Below are positions 9,815-18,498 of a stretch of DNA of 64,000 bases, piece after piece. Source of the stretch: an uncultured Candidatus Rokubacteria bacterium (GTDB lineage: Bacteria > Methylomirabilota > Methylomirabilia > Rokubacteriales > DASRDR01); contig CAWGVS010000002.1 in assembly GCA_963826115.1 (NCBI GenBank), forward strand, positions 128,001 through 192,000, read 5' to 3'. The notes under the pieces are model-generated. The model made no database searches and was not told the origin of the DNA. It saw nothing but the letters and a program-made list of their open reading frames with translations. Position 1 is the first letter of the stretch. Every line of letters starts with the position of its first letter. A program made the position numbers and the translations under genes.

Positions 9815-10723
9815 GTGGCGACGAACTGGGCGATCTTCCCCGAAGGCAGCGAGCCCCCGACGTCCGTCGCGGCACTCGCCGAGCAGGTCCAGCGGGACGG
9901 CGGGCAGGTGCTGGCGATCTACCGGGAGCCGCTGAAAGACGCGTGGCAGCTCTTCGTGCTGCTCCCGCTCGCGAAGGTGGAGCCCACGCCCTACCAGCGC
10001 GACCTGTCGAAGCCCCACGTCAAGCGTCTCCAGGAGGTCATCAAGAAGCTCGGGCGCTTCATCGACCCGATCGTCGTGGTGTCCACCGGCCCCGGCAAGT
10101 ACTGGACGCCCAACGGCAACCATCGCCGCGAGGCGCTCACCAAGCTCAAGGCGGAGTGGATGCCGGCCATCCTCATCCCGGAGCCCGAGGTCGCCTACCA
10201 GATCCTCGCCCTCAACACCGAAAAGGCGCACAACGTGAAGGAGAAGTCCCTCGAGGTGATCCGCATGTACCGCGGCCTCGTCGCGGAGGGCTCGAAGGTC
10301 TCCGAGGAGGATTTCGCCTTCCAGTTCGAGGCGCCGCACTTCATCACGCTCGGGCTCCTCTACGACGCGCGCCCTCGCTTCGCGGGCGGCGCGTTCGCGC
10401 CCATCCTCCGCCGCGTCGACAAGTTCCTGAAGTCGCCGCTTCCGAAGGCCTACGCCGAGCGCGAGCACCGGGCCGAGCTGGTCCGCGCGGCCGACGACGC
10501 GCTGGCCGACGTGGTGGCGAAGATCAAGAAGCGCGGCGTGAACCACCCGTACGTGAAGAACTACGTCCTGGCCCGCACCACCCCGCTCAGCCGGGCCCGG
10601 AAGACCATGCCGTCGTTCGAGCAGACCTTCGAGCGCCTGAAGGAGAACCTCGAGGCCTTCGACCCCGCCAAGGTCCGCCTGGACGAGATCGCACGCTCGG
10701 CCATGTTCGCGGCGCCGGCCTAG
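9815..10723 (+). CDS. ParB/Srx N-terminal domain protein (orphan)
   Basis: PTPYQRD, FIDPIVV, PNGNHRREAL (GxxR motif) and ALNTE; GAGGAGG RBS. Confidence 0.75.
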   Translation: MATNWAIFPEGSEPPTSVAALAEQVQRDGGQVLAIYREPLKDAWQLFVLLPLAKVEPTPYQRDLSKPHVKRLQEVIKKLGRFIDPIVVVSTGPGKYWTPNGNHRREALTKLKAEWMPAILIPEPEVAYQILALNTEKAHNVKEKSLEVIRMYRGLVAEGSKVSEEDFAFQFEAPHFITLGLLYDARPRFAGGAFAPILRRVDKFLKSPLPKAYAEREHRAELVRAADDALADVVAKIKKRGVNHPYVKNYVLARTTPLSRARKTMPSFEQTFERLKENLEAFDPAKVRLDEIARSAMFAAPA

Positions 10724-10764
10724 GGGCCTCGGGAAGGAACAGGCCGCCGGGCGGCGCCGTCGAA

Positions 10765-10797
10765 CCCTCCGGGCGCCGGACTCCGGCGCCCGGAGGG
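10765..10797 (+). repeat. Perfect 16-bp inverted repeat covering the downstream RBS
   Basis: CCCTCCGGGCGCCGGA-C-TCCGGCGCCCGGAGGG; the right arm contains GGAGG. Confidence 0.85.
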
Positions 10798-10803
10798 ATG
10801 GCC

Positions 10804-11127
10804 ATGGCCCACTCCGGCGTCCGAGTCACGCTCGCGGCCGGCGCCCTGCTCCTTCTGACCGCCTGCGTGGTCGAGGAGCCGGTCCACGTCCACCACGCCC
10901 CGCCTCCGGCGCCCCCGCCTCCGGTGGAGGTCATCCCCGCCACCCCCGGGCCCGGCTATGTCTGGGTGCCCGGGTACTGGAGCTGGCGCGGGCCGCGCCG
11001 CGGCTACGTGTGGATACCGGGCACCTACGCCGTGCCGGCCCAGCCCACCTACGTGTGGGTGCCCGGGTACTGGGCGCAGCGCCCGGGCGGCTGGGTCTGG
11101 GTCGAGGGGCACTGGCGCGCGCGGTGA
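10804..11127 (+). CDS. YXWGXW/WXXGXW-repeat lipoprotein
   Basis: Lipobox LLLLTAC, Pro-rich linker, then repeats YVWVPGYW, YVWIPGTY, YVWVPGYW, WVWVEGHW. Alternative start at 10798. Confidence 0.85.
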   Translation: MAHSGVRVTLAAGALLLLTACVVEEPVHVHHAPPPAPPPPVEVIPATPGPGYVWVPGYWSWRGPRRGYVWIPGTYAVPAQPTYVWVPGYWAQRPGGWVWVEGHWRAR

Positions 11128-11149
11128 GCCGCGAGGCGCCGCCGCGGCG

Positions 11150-12100
11150 TCAGCTCGGGCCCGCCGCGTGGCGGCCGGCGGAGCGCGGGGCGCCGCGGAG
11201 CGCCCGGCGCCCCGCGCGGCGGAGGTCGTCGGGGAGCCGGTTGAGGGCCAGCCGCTTCGCGGTCACCTGCGCGGCGGCCGCGAGCGCGACCGCGGTCGCG
11301 CCGGGCGAGCCGCCGTACCGGGCCGCGTAGCAACCGAGGGTCCAGCCCAGCGAGAGGTCGTGTCTCACGCGGCGCCGCCACGTCCGGTGGGCCGAGGCCG
11401 CATGGTACCGCTTGAGGCACGCGACCTCCGGCACGTAGCGCAGTCGGCCGAGCAGCGCCATCCCGAACACCCACGCGACGTCCGCGTCGATGCCATCCCG
11501 CGTCGCCGGGAGGAACAGGCCCCGCGCCACGACGGGTTCGCGCCGGAACAGCCCGCGGAACGCGTAGCCGCCACGCCACCGCCGGAGGGCGGTCACGGCG
11601 TCGCCGACGGTCCACGTCCCCGCCCCGGTCCCGGGCGCCGGATGCCGATAGTCCTCCAGGTTGTCCGGCGTCCCGTCGATCTCGAGCGGCTCGACTCGGC
11701 CGAAGGCCATCAGGAGATCCGGCTCCGCCTCGAGGTGGCGGACGAGCGTGGGCACCCACTCGGCCGGGAAGCTGTCGTCGTGGGGCATCCAGCAGAAGTA
11801 GCGGCCTCGCGCCCGACGGAGGAGCGCGTTGCAGTGCTGGACCCAGCCGGCGCGGTCATGCGCCCGGAGCGTCGCGACGCGGCGATCGGCCCCGTGGCGG
11901 GCGGCCAGGACGTCGAGCGCGTCGTCCAGGCCGGTGCGATCCGAGAGGAGGATCTCGACGTCCGCTCCGGGGAGCGCCTCAATGTTCGCGCTCACCACAT
12001 CGACGAACGGCCGCGAGCGGTGGAGCGGGATCCCGACGGTCACCCGCGGCGCGGACGGCGCCGCCCCCGCGATCAGGGTCGGCGGCTCGACCACCACCAC
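11150..12100 (-). CDS. Glycosyltransferase family 2 (GT-A fold)
   Basis: PRVTVGIPLH, EILLSD, GWVQHCN, ARGRYFCWMPHDD, GLFRR and DADVAW. Start approximate. Confidence 0.8.
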   Translation of the reverse strand: MVVVEPPTLIAGAAPSAPRVTVGIPLHRSRPFVDVVSANIEALPGADVEILLSDRTGLDDALDVLAARHGADRRVATLRAHDRAGWVQHCNALLRRARGRYFCWMPHDDSFPAEWVPTLVRHLEAEPDLLMAFGRVEPLEIDGTPDNLEDYRHPAPGTGAGTWTVGDAVTALRRWRGGYAFRGLFRREPVVARGLFLPATRDGIDADVAWVFGMALLGRLRYVPEVACLKRYHAASAHRTWRRRVRHDLSLGWTLGCYAARYGGSPGATAVALAAAAQVTAKRLALNRLPDDLRRAGRRALRGAPRSAGRHAAGPS

Positions 12101-12870
12101 CGCTCGACGCGCCGGCGCAGGCGGCGGGCCAGCGAGGAAGGCGGGCGCCGCCAGACCGTGGAATGCGGCGTCACACCCGCGCGGGGGGCCGCGAAGTAGT
12201 AGAGCTGGAGCGACTGCCGGCTCTCGCCCGCCGGGCACCGCACGGGATCGGGGAACCCGTGGTACCCGTCGTCCTGGAGAGTGAACACGATCATCCGGTT
12301 GAACACCGGCGGCACGCGCGTCACGCAGGCGGTCAGCCGGGCGTCCCAGAGCTCGAGCGCGCCGCCGTACTCTTCGGGCCAGCGGGCGTTCAGGTAGAGG
12401 ATCAGGTTGACGCGGCGCTCGAGGCCCAGGCGCGCCCGCTGGTTGAAGTCGGCGTGGACCGCCAGGCGACCGCCCGGCGCGTAATGCCGGAGCGCGCTGT
12501 CGACGCCGCGCGGATCCGCGACGAGCCCGGGCACGCCGGACAGTCGCTCCAGGAAGTCCGTGAAGGGCGCGCAGGAGAGCTGGCCCAGCAGCTGTCGCGT
12601 GAACGCGCCGAGCGGCGTCGCCGCCGTCGAGTTGAACTTCCCGATCTTGTTGCCGCCCTCGGGGTCGTCGGGCTCGAACGCGTCGATCGGCGGGAACTCT
12701 TCCGCGACCCGCGCGGCCGCCGCGGCGGGGAGGAAGTCGTCCAGCACCACGTGGGGGAACGGCTGCGCGGCCGCGTACTCCGCGCGGCGCCGGTCCGCCA
12801 GGGCCTCGAGGGTCGCCCGGTCGAAGAGGAGCGTCGGGCCCTCCGCGACGCGGCCGACGAGCGCGCTCAC
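12073..12870 (-). CDS. 2OG-Fe(II) oxygenase (prolyl-4-hydroxylase-like)
   Basis: PFPHVVLDDFL, HADFN (HxD), NLILYLN-x2-W-x3-YGGALELWD, PVFNR, YHGF and RQSL; GTGA coupling to the upstream nuclease. Confidence 0.88.
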   Translation of the reverse strand: MSALVGRVAEGPTLLFDRATLEALADRRRAEYAAAQPFPHVVLDDFLPAAAAARVAEEFPPIDAFEPDDPEGGNKIGKFNSTAATPLGAFTRQLLGQLSCAPFTDFLERLSGVPGLVADPRGVDSALRHYAPGGRLAVHADFNQRARLGLERRVNLILYLNARWPEEYGGALELWDARLTACVTRVPPVFNRMIVFTLQDDGYHGFPDPVRCPAGESRQSLQLYYFAAPRAGVTPHSTVWRRPPSSLARRLRRRVERWWWSSRRP

Positions 12871-13796
12871 GGCGCGGGCGCCAGGAGCTCGGGGCGACAG
12901 ACGCCCTTGAAGTTGCACCAGCGGCAGAGCCGGAGGTCCTCGGTGCGCTCGAAGTCCTCGAGGACCGCGAGGTTCGCGTCGGCGTCGCGCAGCCAGGCCT
13001 TCATCCCGCGGATGGAGAGTTTGAGGCGCTCGCGGATGTCGTCGAGCCGCGCCTCGTCCCACGGGTGGACCGTGACCTCCCCGGCGCGGAGGTTCACCTC
13101 CAGGAGATCGATCCGGTCCGGGGGCACGTCCAGGATGTCGCGCGCGTAGAGCGCGTACCCGCCCAGCTGGACCGCCGTCTCGTCGGGATCTGGGCTCCCC
13201 GTCTTCCAGTCGACCAGCGCGAGCCGGTCCGCGCGGGTCCAGTACCCGAAGTCGGGCGCCGCGAAGATCGGCGTGCCCTCGAACTCGAACGCGCGGATGT
13301 CCTCGATCAGGATCCAGCGCTCGGGCGGCGTCGCCCGGATCTCCGCGAGGAGCGGCAGCCGGTGGAAGTTGCGGAGGCACCGGCAGACGTGGTCCCGCAG
13401 GATCTGCCACACCTGGTCGGACACCTCGAGGCCGTACTCGTGCTCGAAGAGCGCGACCGCTTCCTTCGGCCGCTCGCGATAGCCCCCGCGCCGGCTGAAC
13501 CGGAACTCGTCGCGCATGCGCCCCACCGTGTCCTCGATGAGCCGCGCCTCCGAGAGCTCCTGCCCCGCGTGGAGCGCCCGCAGCACGAGCTCCACCGCCG
13601 AGTGGACGGTCCGCCCGGCCCAGCCCTGCCGGCCGGTGAGCTGCTTCAGGACGTAGAGCCGGCGCACGTCCGGCGGGGCGGCGCTGTCCCAGCCGCCCCA
13701 GGCCCCGTAGTAGTGGTAGTAGTAGCGGCGGCGGCAGTCCGCGAACATTCCTGCGCGCGAGCGTGACCAGGAGAAGAGGTTGACGAGGTCCGCCAT
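12867..13796 (-). CDS. PD-(D/E)xK nuclease, Cas4/AddB-like with 4-Cys Fe-S staple
   Basis: SWSRS...CRRRYY, GRTVH, APDF...LVDWKTG, QLGGYALY and C-terminal CRWCNFKGVC. TGCTATCCT extended -10 lies 8 nt upstream. Confidence 0.85.
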   Translation of the reverse strand: MADLVNLFSWSRSRAGMFADCRRRYYYHYYGAWGGWDSAAPPDVRRLYVLKQLTGRQGWAGRTVHSAVELVLRALHAGQELSEARLIEDTVGRMRDEFRFSRRGGYRERPKEAVALFEHEYGLEVSDQVWQILRDHVCRCLRNFHRLPLLAEIRATPPERWILIEDIRAFEFEGTPIFAAPDFGYWTRADRLALVDWKTGSPDPDETAVQLGGYALYARDILDVPPDRIDLLEVNLRAGEVTVHPWDEARLDDIRERLKLSIRGMKAWLRDADANLAVLEDFERTEDLRLCRWCNFKGVCRPELLAPAP

Positions 13797-13824
13797 CGGC
13801 CCAAAGGATAGCATCCGTCCACGC

Positions 13825-13853
13825 TTGACCGTGCCGCGCCCCTCTGGTACCAA
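13825..13853 (+). promoter_or_regulatory. Putative sigma-70 promoter for the CoA-transferase gene
   Basis: TTGACC-N17-TACCAA, divergent from the nuclease -10 box. Confidence 0.4.
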
Positions 13854-13973
13854 GGCAGGCGCCGGACCGTCCGGCGCCATGCCGCCCGCGCGATCCCCGG
13901 CCGAGGAGGCTCCGTGACGACGGCCCAGACGCTCGCGACCGCGGCCGCCCCCGGCGCCCGGAGCTGAGCTGCC

Positions 13974-15155
13974 GTGCCCGGACCCCTCGCGCGCCACCGC
14001 GTGGTCGACTGCTCGGCGATCATCGCGGGGCCGATCGCGACCGCGTTCCTCGCCACCTACGGCGCCGACGTCGTCAAGCTGGAGCCCCTCGAGGGGGACG
14101 CGCTCCGCAGCTATCCGTCGACGCTCCCCGGCCTCTCCCGCTACTTCCTCGGCATCAACCGCGGGAAGCGCAGCCTCGCCGTCGACCTGAAGCACCCGGA
14201 CGGCCTCCGGATCGCGCGGCGGCTCGCGCGCGACGCCGACGTGTTCGTCGAGAGCTTCCGCCCCGGCGTGGCGGCCCGCCTCGGGCTCGACGACGCGACG
14301 CTCCGCGCCGAGAACGCGCGGCTCGTCTACTGCTCCGTGTCCGCGTTCGGCCAGACGGGGCCGCTCGCCGAGCGGCCCGGGCTCGACCCGGTGGTCCAGT
14401 CCTACGGCGGCCTCGCGTGGGAGCAGGGCGCGGCGGACGAGGCCGCCCCGGAGCTGGTCCGCGGGAGCCTCGTCGACTACTACACCGGGAGCCTGGCCGT
14501 CTCGGGCATCCTGCTCGCGCTCATCGCCCGCGGCCAGACGGGCGTGGGCCAGCGGATCGAGACGTCGCTCCTCGACGGCGTCCTCGCCATGCAGGCCGGC
14601 CGGGCGTTCTGGGCGGAGGCGCACGAGCCGCCCGAGGCCGTGCGCGACCTCCTCGGCGACCGCGTGTCGCGGATCTACCCCACGCGGGACGGCCACCTCT
14701 ATCTCTACGTGGAGCTCCCCAAGTTCTGGACGGGGCTCTGCCGGACGCTCGGCCTCGAGGTCTGGCTCGACGACCCGCGGCTCCAGACGATGGTCGGGCG
14801 TCACACGCACAAGGCCGAGCTGGTCCGCGCGATCGGCGAGCGCCTCCTCACGGGGACCGCCGCCGAATGGGAGGTGCGCTTCGCCGAGGCGGACGTCCCG
14901 TGCACGCGCGTCCGCTCCGTGCCGGAGATGCTGGTCGACCCCCAAGCCCTCGCGAACGGCACGCTCGCCACCGTCCAGCATCCGACGCTCGGGCCGGTGC
15001 GACTCCTGGGCGTCCCCGTCCGGCTCGGCAGCACGCCCGGCGCGCCGGCCGGCCCGCCTCCGGCCATCGGCGAGCACACCGACGCGATCCTCGCGGAGGC
15101 CGGGCTGTCGCCGGCCGAGATCGCGCGCCTCCGCGAGGCCCGCGTCGTACGATGA
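13974..15155 (+). CDS. CoA transferase family III (CaiB/BaiF)
   Basis: IAGP...GADVVKLEP, NRGKRSLAVDLK, ADVFVESFRPG, SAFGQTGP, PGLDPVVQ and PPAIGEHT. Confidence 0.93.
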   Translation: MPGPLARHRVVDCSAIIAGPIATAFLATYGADVVKLEPLEGDALRSYPSTLPGLSRYFLGINRGKRSLAVDLKHPDGLRIARRLARDADVFVESFRPGVAARLGLDDATLRAENARLVYCSVSAFGQTGPLAERPGLDPVVQSYGGLAWEQGAADEAAPELVRGSLVDYYTGSLAVSGILLALIARGQTGVGQRIETSLLDGVLAMQAGRAFWAEAHEPPEAVRDLLGDRVSRIYPTRDGHLYLYVELPKFWTGLCRTLGLEVWLDDPRLQTMVGRHTHKAELVRAIGERLLTGTAAEWEVRFAEADVPCTRVRSVPEMLVDPQALANGTLATVQHPTLGPVRLLGVPVRLGSTPGAPAGPPPAIGEHTDAILAEAGLSPAEIARLREARVVR

Positions 15156-15196
15156 AGGAGTCCCCTCCCCGGAGGGCGACGAGGGAGGGAGGATCG

Positions 15197-15577
15197 ATGC
15201 GGAGGTCACTGGCGCTCGTCCTGGTCGCGTTCGTCATCGGCGTGCTCGTGGGCCAGGCCGGCGGGCAGGCGAAGCCGCGCATGTGGGCCGATCGCCTGCT
15301 GGACGTGGTCACGGACGAGCTCCCGCGCAAGGCCCGGGTCGTCACGAACATGAACCACTGGGATCCGGGCGCCGAGACGGGTCGCCACACGCACCCGGGC
15401 CCCACCGTCTTCGTCCTGCTCGAGGGCGAGCTCGAAGAGACGCTGGCCGACGGGAGCACCCGGAGCATCCGGCCCGGGCAGGCGTTCTGGAACCGCTCGC
15501 GCTGGCAGCACAACGTCCGGAACGCGAGCGGGCAGCCCGCCCGCGCGGTGGCCGTTCACATCGACCCGGCCGGCTGA
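15197..15577 (+). CDS. Exported cupin-domain protein
   Basis: Signal peptide, GRHTHPG-x5-LEGELE and WQHNVRN cupin motifs; GGAGG RBS. Confidence 0.85.
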   Translation: MRRSLALVLVAFVIGVLVGQAGGQAKPRMWADRLLDVVTDELPRKARVVTNMNHWDPGAETGRHTHPGPTVFVLLEGELEETLADGSTRSIRPGQAFWNRSRWQHNVRNASGQPARAVAVHIDPAG

Positions 15578-15654
15578 GGCCGCCGGCCGGCTTGCCGGCC
15601 GGGGCCGGCCGGGCCATGCTGAAGGCAGCCGATCACCCATCCTCGGAGGGATTC

Positions 15655-16191
15655 ATGGCAACGATCCGCGTGCTCTCGCCCGTGGTCGACGCGAAGGTGA
15701 GCCAGACGGCCACGCAGCTCTTGCCGGCCTCGCTCGCCGGGAAGCGCCTCGGATTCCTCGACAACACGAAGCCGAACTTCGAGCTGCTCCTCCGCCGCAT
15801 GGAGGCCCGTCTCCGCGCGGAGACGGAGCTCGGCGCCGTTGTCTACGAGCGGAAGACGAACTCATCGACGCCCGCCCCGCCCGAGGTGCTCGAGCGGCTC
15901 CGCGACGTCGACCTGGTGGTCACCGGCTCCGCCGACTGAGGGTCCTGCACGTCGTGGAGTCTCCACGACGCAGTGACCCTCCAGCGGGCGGGCACGCCCG
16001 CGGTGGTCGTGACGACGACGGCCTTCGAGATCCTCGCGCGCCACGAGGCGCAGACGCTCGGGATGGAGGGCCTGCCGCTCCTCGTGGTGGACCACCCGCT
16101 CGGCGGTGAGCCCGCGGAGCGCATCGAGACTCGCGCGGCCCGCGCGGTGAGCCAGCTCCTGGAGCGCCTCGCCGCCGCGCCCGGACGGTGA
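15655..16191 (+). CDS. UGSC-family selenoprotein (178 aa, Sec at codon 95)
   Basis: ORFs ending at 15939 and starting at 15973 are in the same frame, separated only by TGA 15937-15939. Read-through gives VVTGSAD-U-GSCTSWSLHDAVTLQRAGTP. N-terminal LDNTKPN motif, GGAGG RBS and downstream hairpin. Confidence 0.9.
15938..15981 (+). promoter_or_regulatory. Bacterial SECIS-like hairpin
   Basis: GAGGGTC/GACCCTC, CTGC/GCAG and GTCGTGG-AGTCT-CCACGAC stems directly at and after the UGA. Confidence 0.8.
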
Positions 16192-17267
16192 GCGTGGCGC
16201 GCGCCGCGCCGGTCCTCGCGTCCGAGGTCCTCGAGCTCCCCGACTCGCTCGAGGCGGTCGAGGCGCACTACCGCGCCCAGGGCTGGACGGACGGGTTGCC
16301 CATCGTGCCGCCGACCGAGGCGCGCGTCACGGCGATGCTCGCGGGCATCGACCTGGACGGGGACCACGTCGTCGGCAAGATCCCGCCCCTCTGGGCGGAG
16401 GCCACGGTCGAGAAGATCGCGGTCAATGCCGTCATGGCCGGCTGCGAGCCGACGGTGATGCCGGTCCTGGTGGCAGCGCTCGAGGCGATGCTCGACCCGG
16501 CGTTCAACCTCTACGGCGTGCAGGCCACCACCCACCCCGTGGCGCCCCTCCTGATCGTCCACGGGCCCGCCGCCGCGCGACTCGGCATGCACGCCGGCCC
16601 CGGCGTCTTCGGCCCGGGCAACCGCGCGAACGCGACGCTCGGGCGCGCGGTCCGCCTCTGCCTCTGGAACCTCGGGGGCGCGCGACCCGGGCAGGGCGAC
16701 ATGGCGACGCAGGGAAGCCCGGCAAAGTACACCTACGCGATCGCCGAGCGCGTCGAGGCGAGCCCGTGGGGGCCGCTCCACGCGAGCCTCGGGCTCGACC
16801 CCGGCACGGATGCGGTCACCGTCTTCGGCGGCGAGGGGCCGCACAACGTCAACGACCACGTGAGCCAGAAGGCCGCGAACCTCCTCACGGTGGTCGCCGA
16901 CACCGCTGCCACCCTCGGCTCGAACGTGGGCTGGTACTTCACCCAGAGCCAGCTCCTCCTCGTCCTGGGGCCGGAGCACGCCGCCACGATCGCGGAGGAC
17001 GGCTTCACGCGCGCCGACGTGCAGCGGTACGTCTACGAGCACGCGCGCCTGCCCCTCCACCGCCTGAAGCAGGGCGGGATGTGGGACAACCGAGACTGGC
17101 CGCGCTGGATGAATACGGCGGACGACCACGCCCTTCTCCCGGTCGTCCCGGGGCCGGAGGACATCTACGTGATGGTCGCCGGGGGGTCGGGCAAGCACTC
17201 GACCGTCGTCCCCAACTGCTGCTTCTCCCGGGCCGTCACCCGCGAGGTCACGCGCTGGCCACGGTGA
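16188..17267 (+). CDS. Uncharacterised UGSC-partner protein (TDGLP-x2-PPT family)
   Basis: GWTDGLPIVPPT, TVEKIAVNAVMAGC, QATTHP, GNRANATLGRA and VAGGSGKHS; GTGA coupling to the selenoprotein. Confidence 0.85.
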   Translation: MSVARAAPVLASEVLELPDSLEAVEAHYRAQGWTDGLPIVPPTEARVTAMLAGIDLDGDHVVGKIPPLWAEATVEKIAVNAVMAGCEPTVMPVLVAALEAMLDPAFNLYGVQATTHPVAPLLIVHGPAAARLGMHAGPGVFGPGNRANATLGRAVRLCLWNLGGARPGQGDMATQGSPAKYTYAIAERVEASPWGPLHASLGLDPGTDAVTVFGGEGPHNVNDHVSQKAANLLTVVADTAATLGSNVGWYFTQSQLLLVLGPEHAATIAEDGFTRADVQRYVYEHARLPLHRLKQGGMWDNRDWPRWMNTADDHALLPVVPGPEDIYVMVAGGSGKHSTVVPNCCFSRAVTREVTRWPR

Positions 17268-18115
17268 CGGCCCGCCGCGGGACCGCGGCCGACGCGGCGC
17301 CCACGCCCGCGCGCCGCCGCCGGGCGGCGCCGCGCCGAAAGTCCGGCGGGTCCTGGGGGACCCGGCTCGTCCGGGCCGCGCTGCTGGCCCCGCTCACGCT
17401 CCGCCTGGCCGCGCTGGGCTTGCTCCTCGGGGTCCTCCTCGTCGCGCTGAACGTCGCCTACCAGGTGGCCCGCAAGCCGACCGAGCTCCTCGGGCTCGTG
17501 TTCGCACCGGCGCCCCTCACCGCGGCCGAAACATGGGCGCGCTACGGCGGCCAGTTCCGGGCTCACGCGACCGAGCTGGTCCGCCCCGAGCTCCTCGCCG
17601 CCCTCGCCCACGCGGAGAGCCTGGGGGATCCCCTCGCCCGCACCGCCTGGCAGTGGCGCTGGACCTGGAACCCGCTGGCCCTCTACGCGCCGGCGTCCAG
17701 CGCGGTCGGCCTCTTCCAGATGACCGACGCCGCGTTCGAGGAGGGGCGACGGCTCTGCGTCCACGACCACCAGGTCGCCCGCGCCGGCGCGTGGCACGAC
17801 GTGCACGCCTGCTGGTTCCCGGCTCTCTACATGCGGACGGTGCCCGGCCATGCCATCGAGATGACGGCGGCCCGGCTCCACGTGCACCTCGCCCAGATCC
17901 TCGGACCCGACCGGGCCGGGCGGACCGGGCTCCGGGCCCGCGAGCAGCTGGCCGCGGTCGTCCACCTGTGCGGGCCCGCCCGCGGGGCGGCGTTCGCCCG
18001 CCGCGGCTTCCGGGTCACCCCCGGGGAAGCCTGCGGGGCCCACGACCTGGCGGCGTACCTGGCGCGAGTGGACCGCGCCACGGTCTCGTTCGAGCGGCTC
18101 GCCCGCAAGGCGTGA
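17264..18115 (+). CDS. Membrane-anchored lytic transglycosylase (SLT)-like protein
   Basis: TM segment, ALAHAESLG (catalytic ES) and SAVGLFQMT; GTGA overlap. Confidence 0.7.
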   Translation: MTARRGTAADAAPTPARRRRAAPRRKSGGSWGTRLVRAALLAPLTLRLAALGLLLGVLLVALNVAYQVARKPTELLGLVFAPAPLTAAETWARYGGQFRAHATELVRPELLAALAHAESLGDPLARTAWQWRWTWNPLALYAPASSAVGLFQMTDAAFEEGRRLCVHDHQVARAGAWHDVHACWFPALYMRTVPGHAIEMTAARLHVHLAQILGPDRAGRTGLRAREQLAAVVHLCGPARGAAFARRGFRVTPGEACGAHDLAAYLARVDRATVSFERLARKA

Positions 18116-18170
18116 GCCTGCCGCCACGCCCGGGTTGCGGCCGCGCCCCCCGCGTGATAGGCAGGACAGC

Positions 18171-18476
18171 ATGGGGAAGTCAGCGTCCACACCCTTCGAG
18201 GTCACCTGCCCGTGCTGCAAGGCGATCCTGACCATCGACGGCGAGGTCCGGGCGGTGCTGGCCCACAAGAATCCGCCGCGCAGTGGCCCCCTCTCGAGCC
18301 TCGACCAGGCCATGGACCACCTCCGCGGGGCGGGAGCACGGCGGGAGGCGGCGTTCCAGCAGGCGGCAGAGTCGGAGCGGACCAAGGGCGACGTCCTGGC
18401 GCGGAAGTTCGGCGAGGGCCTCAAGCGGGCGAAGGACGACCCGGACCCGCCGATCCGCCCGATCGACCTCGACTAG
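18171..18476 (+). CDS. Small protein with N-terminal CPCC knuckle and helical C-terminus
   Basis: MGKSASTPFEVTCPCCKAILTID...PIRPIDLD; AGGA RBS. Confidence 0.75.
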   Translation: MGKSASTPFEVTCPCCKAILTIDGEVRAVLAHKNPPRSGPLSSLDQAMDHLRGAGARREAAFQQAAESERTKGDVLARKFGEGLKRAKDDPDPPIRPIDLD

Positions 18477-18498
18477 CGGCGCACCGAGCTCACTGGCC

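Noticed and set aside
12867-13796. Cas4-like gene as evidence for a CRISPR-Cas locus
   Set aside because: No repeat-spacer array or other cas genes were seen, and solo PD-(D/E)xK nucleases are common.
15580-15615. CCGGCCGG-rich palindromes (also GC hairpins at ~30596-30615 and ~4632-4646) as a repeat family or ncRNA
   Set aside because: They are short, low-complexity GC palindromes expected at this composition; at most weak terminators.
15937-15939. In-frame TGA codons as nonsense mutations or an alternative genetic code
   Set aside because: TGA is an ordinary stop for many genes here. The two read-through cases fall exactly at redox-Cys positions and have downstream hairpins, favouring selenocysteine.
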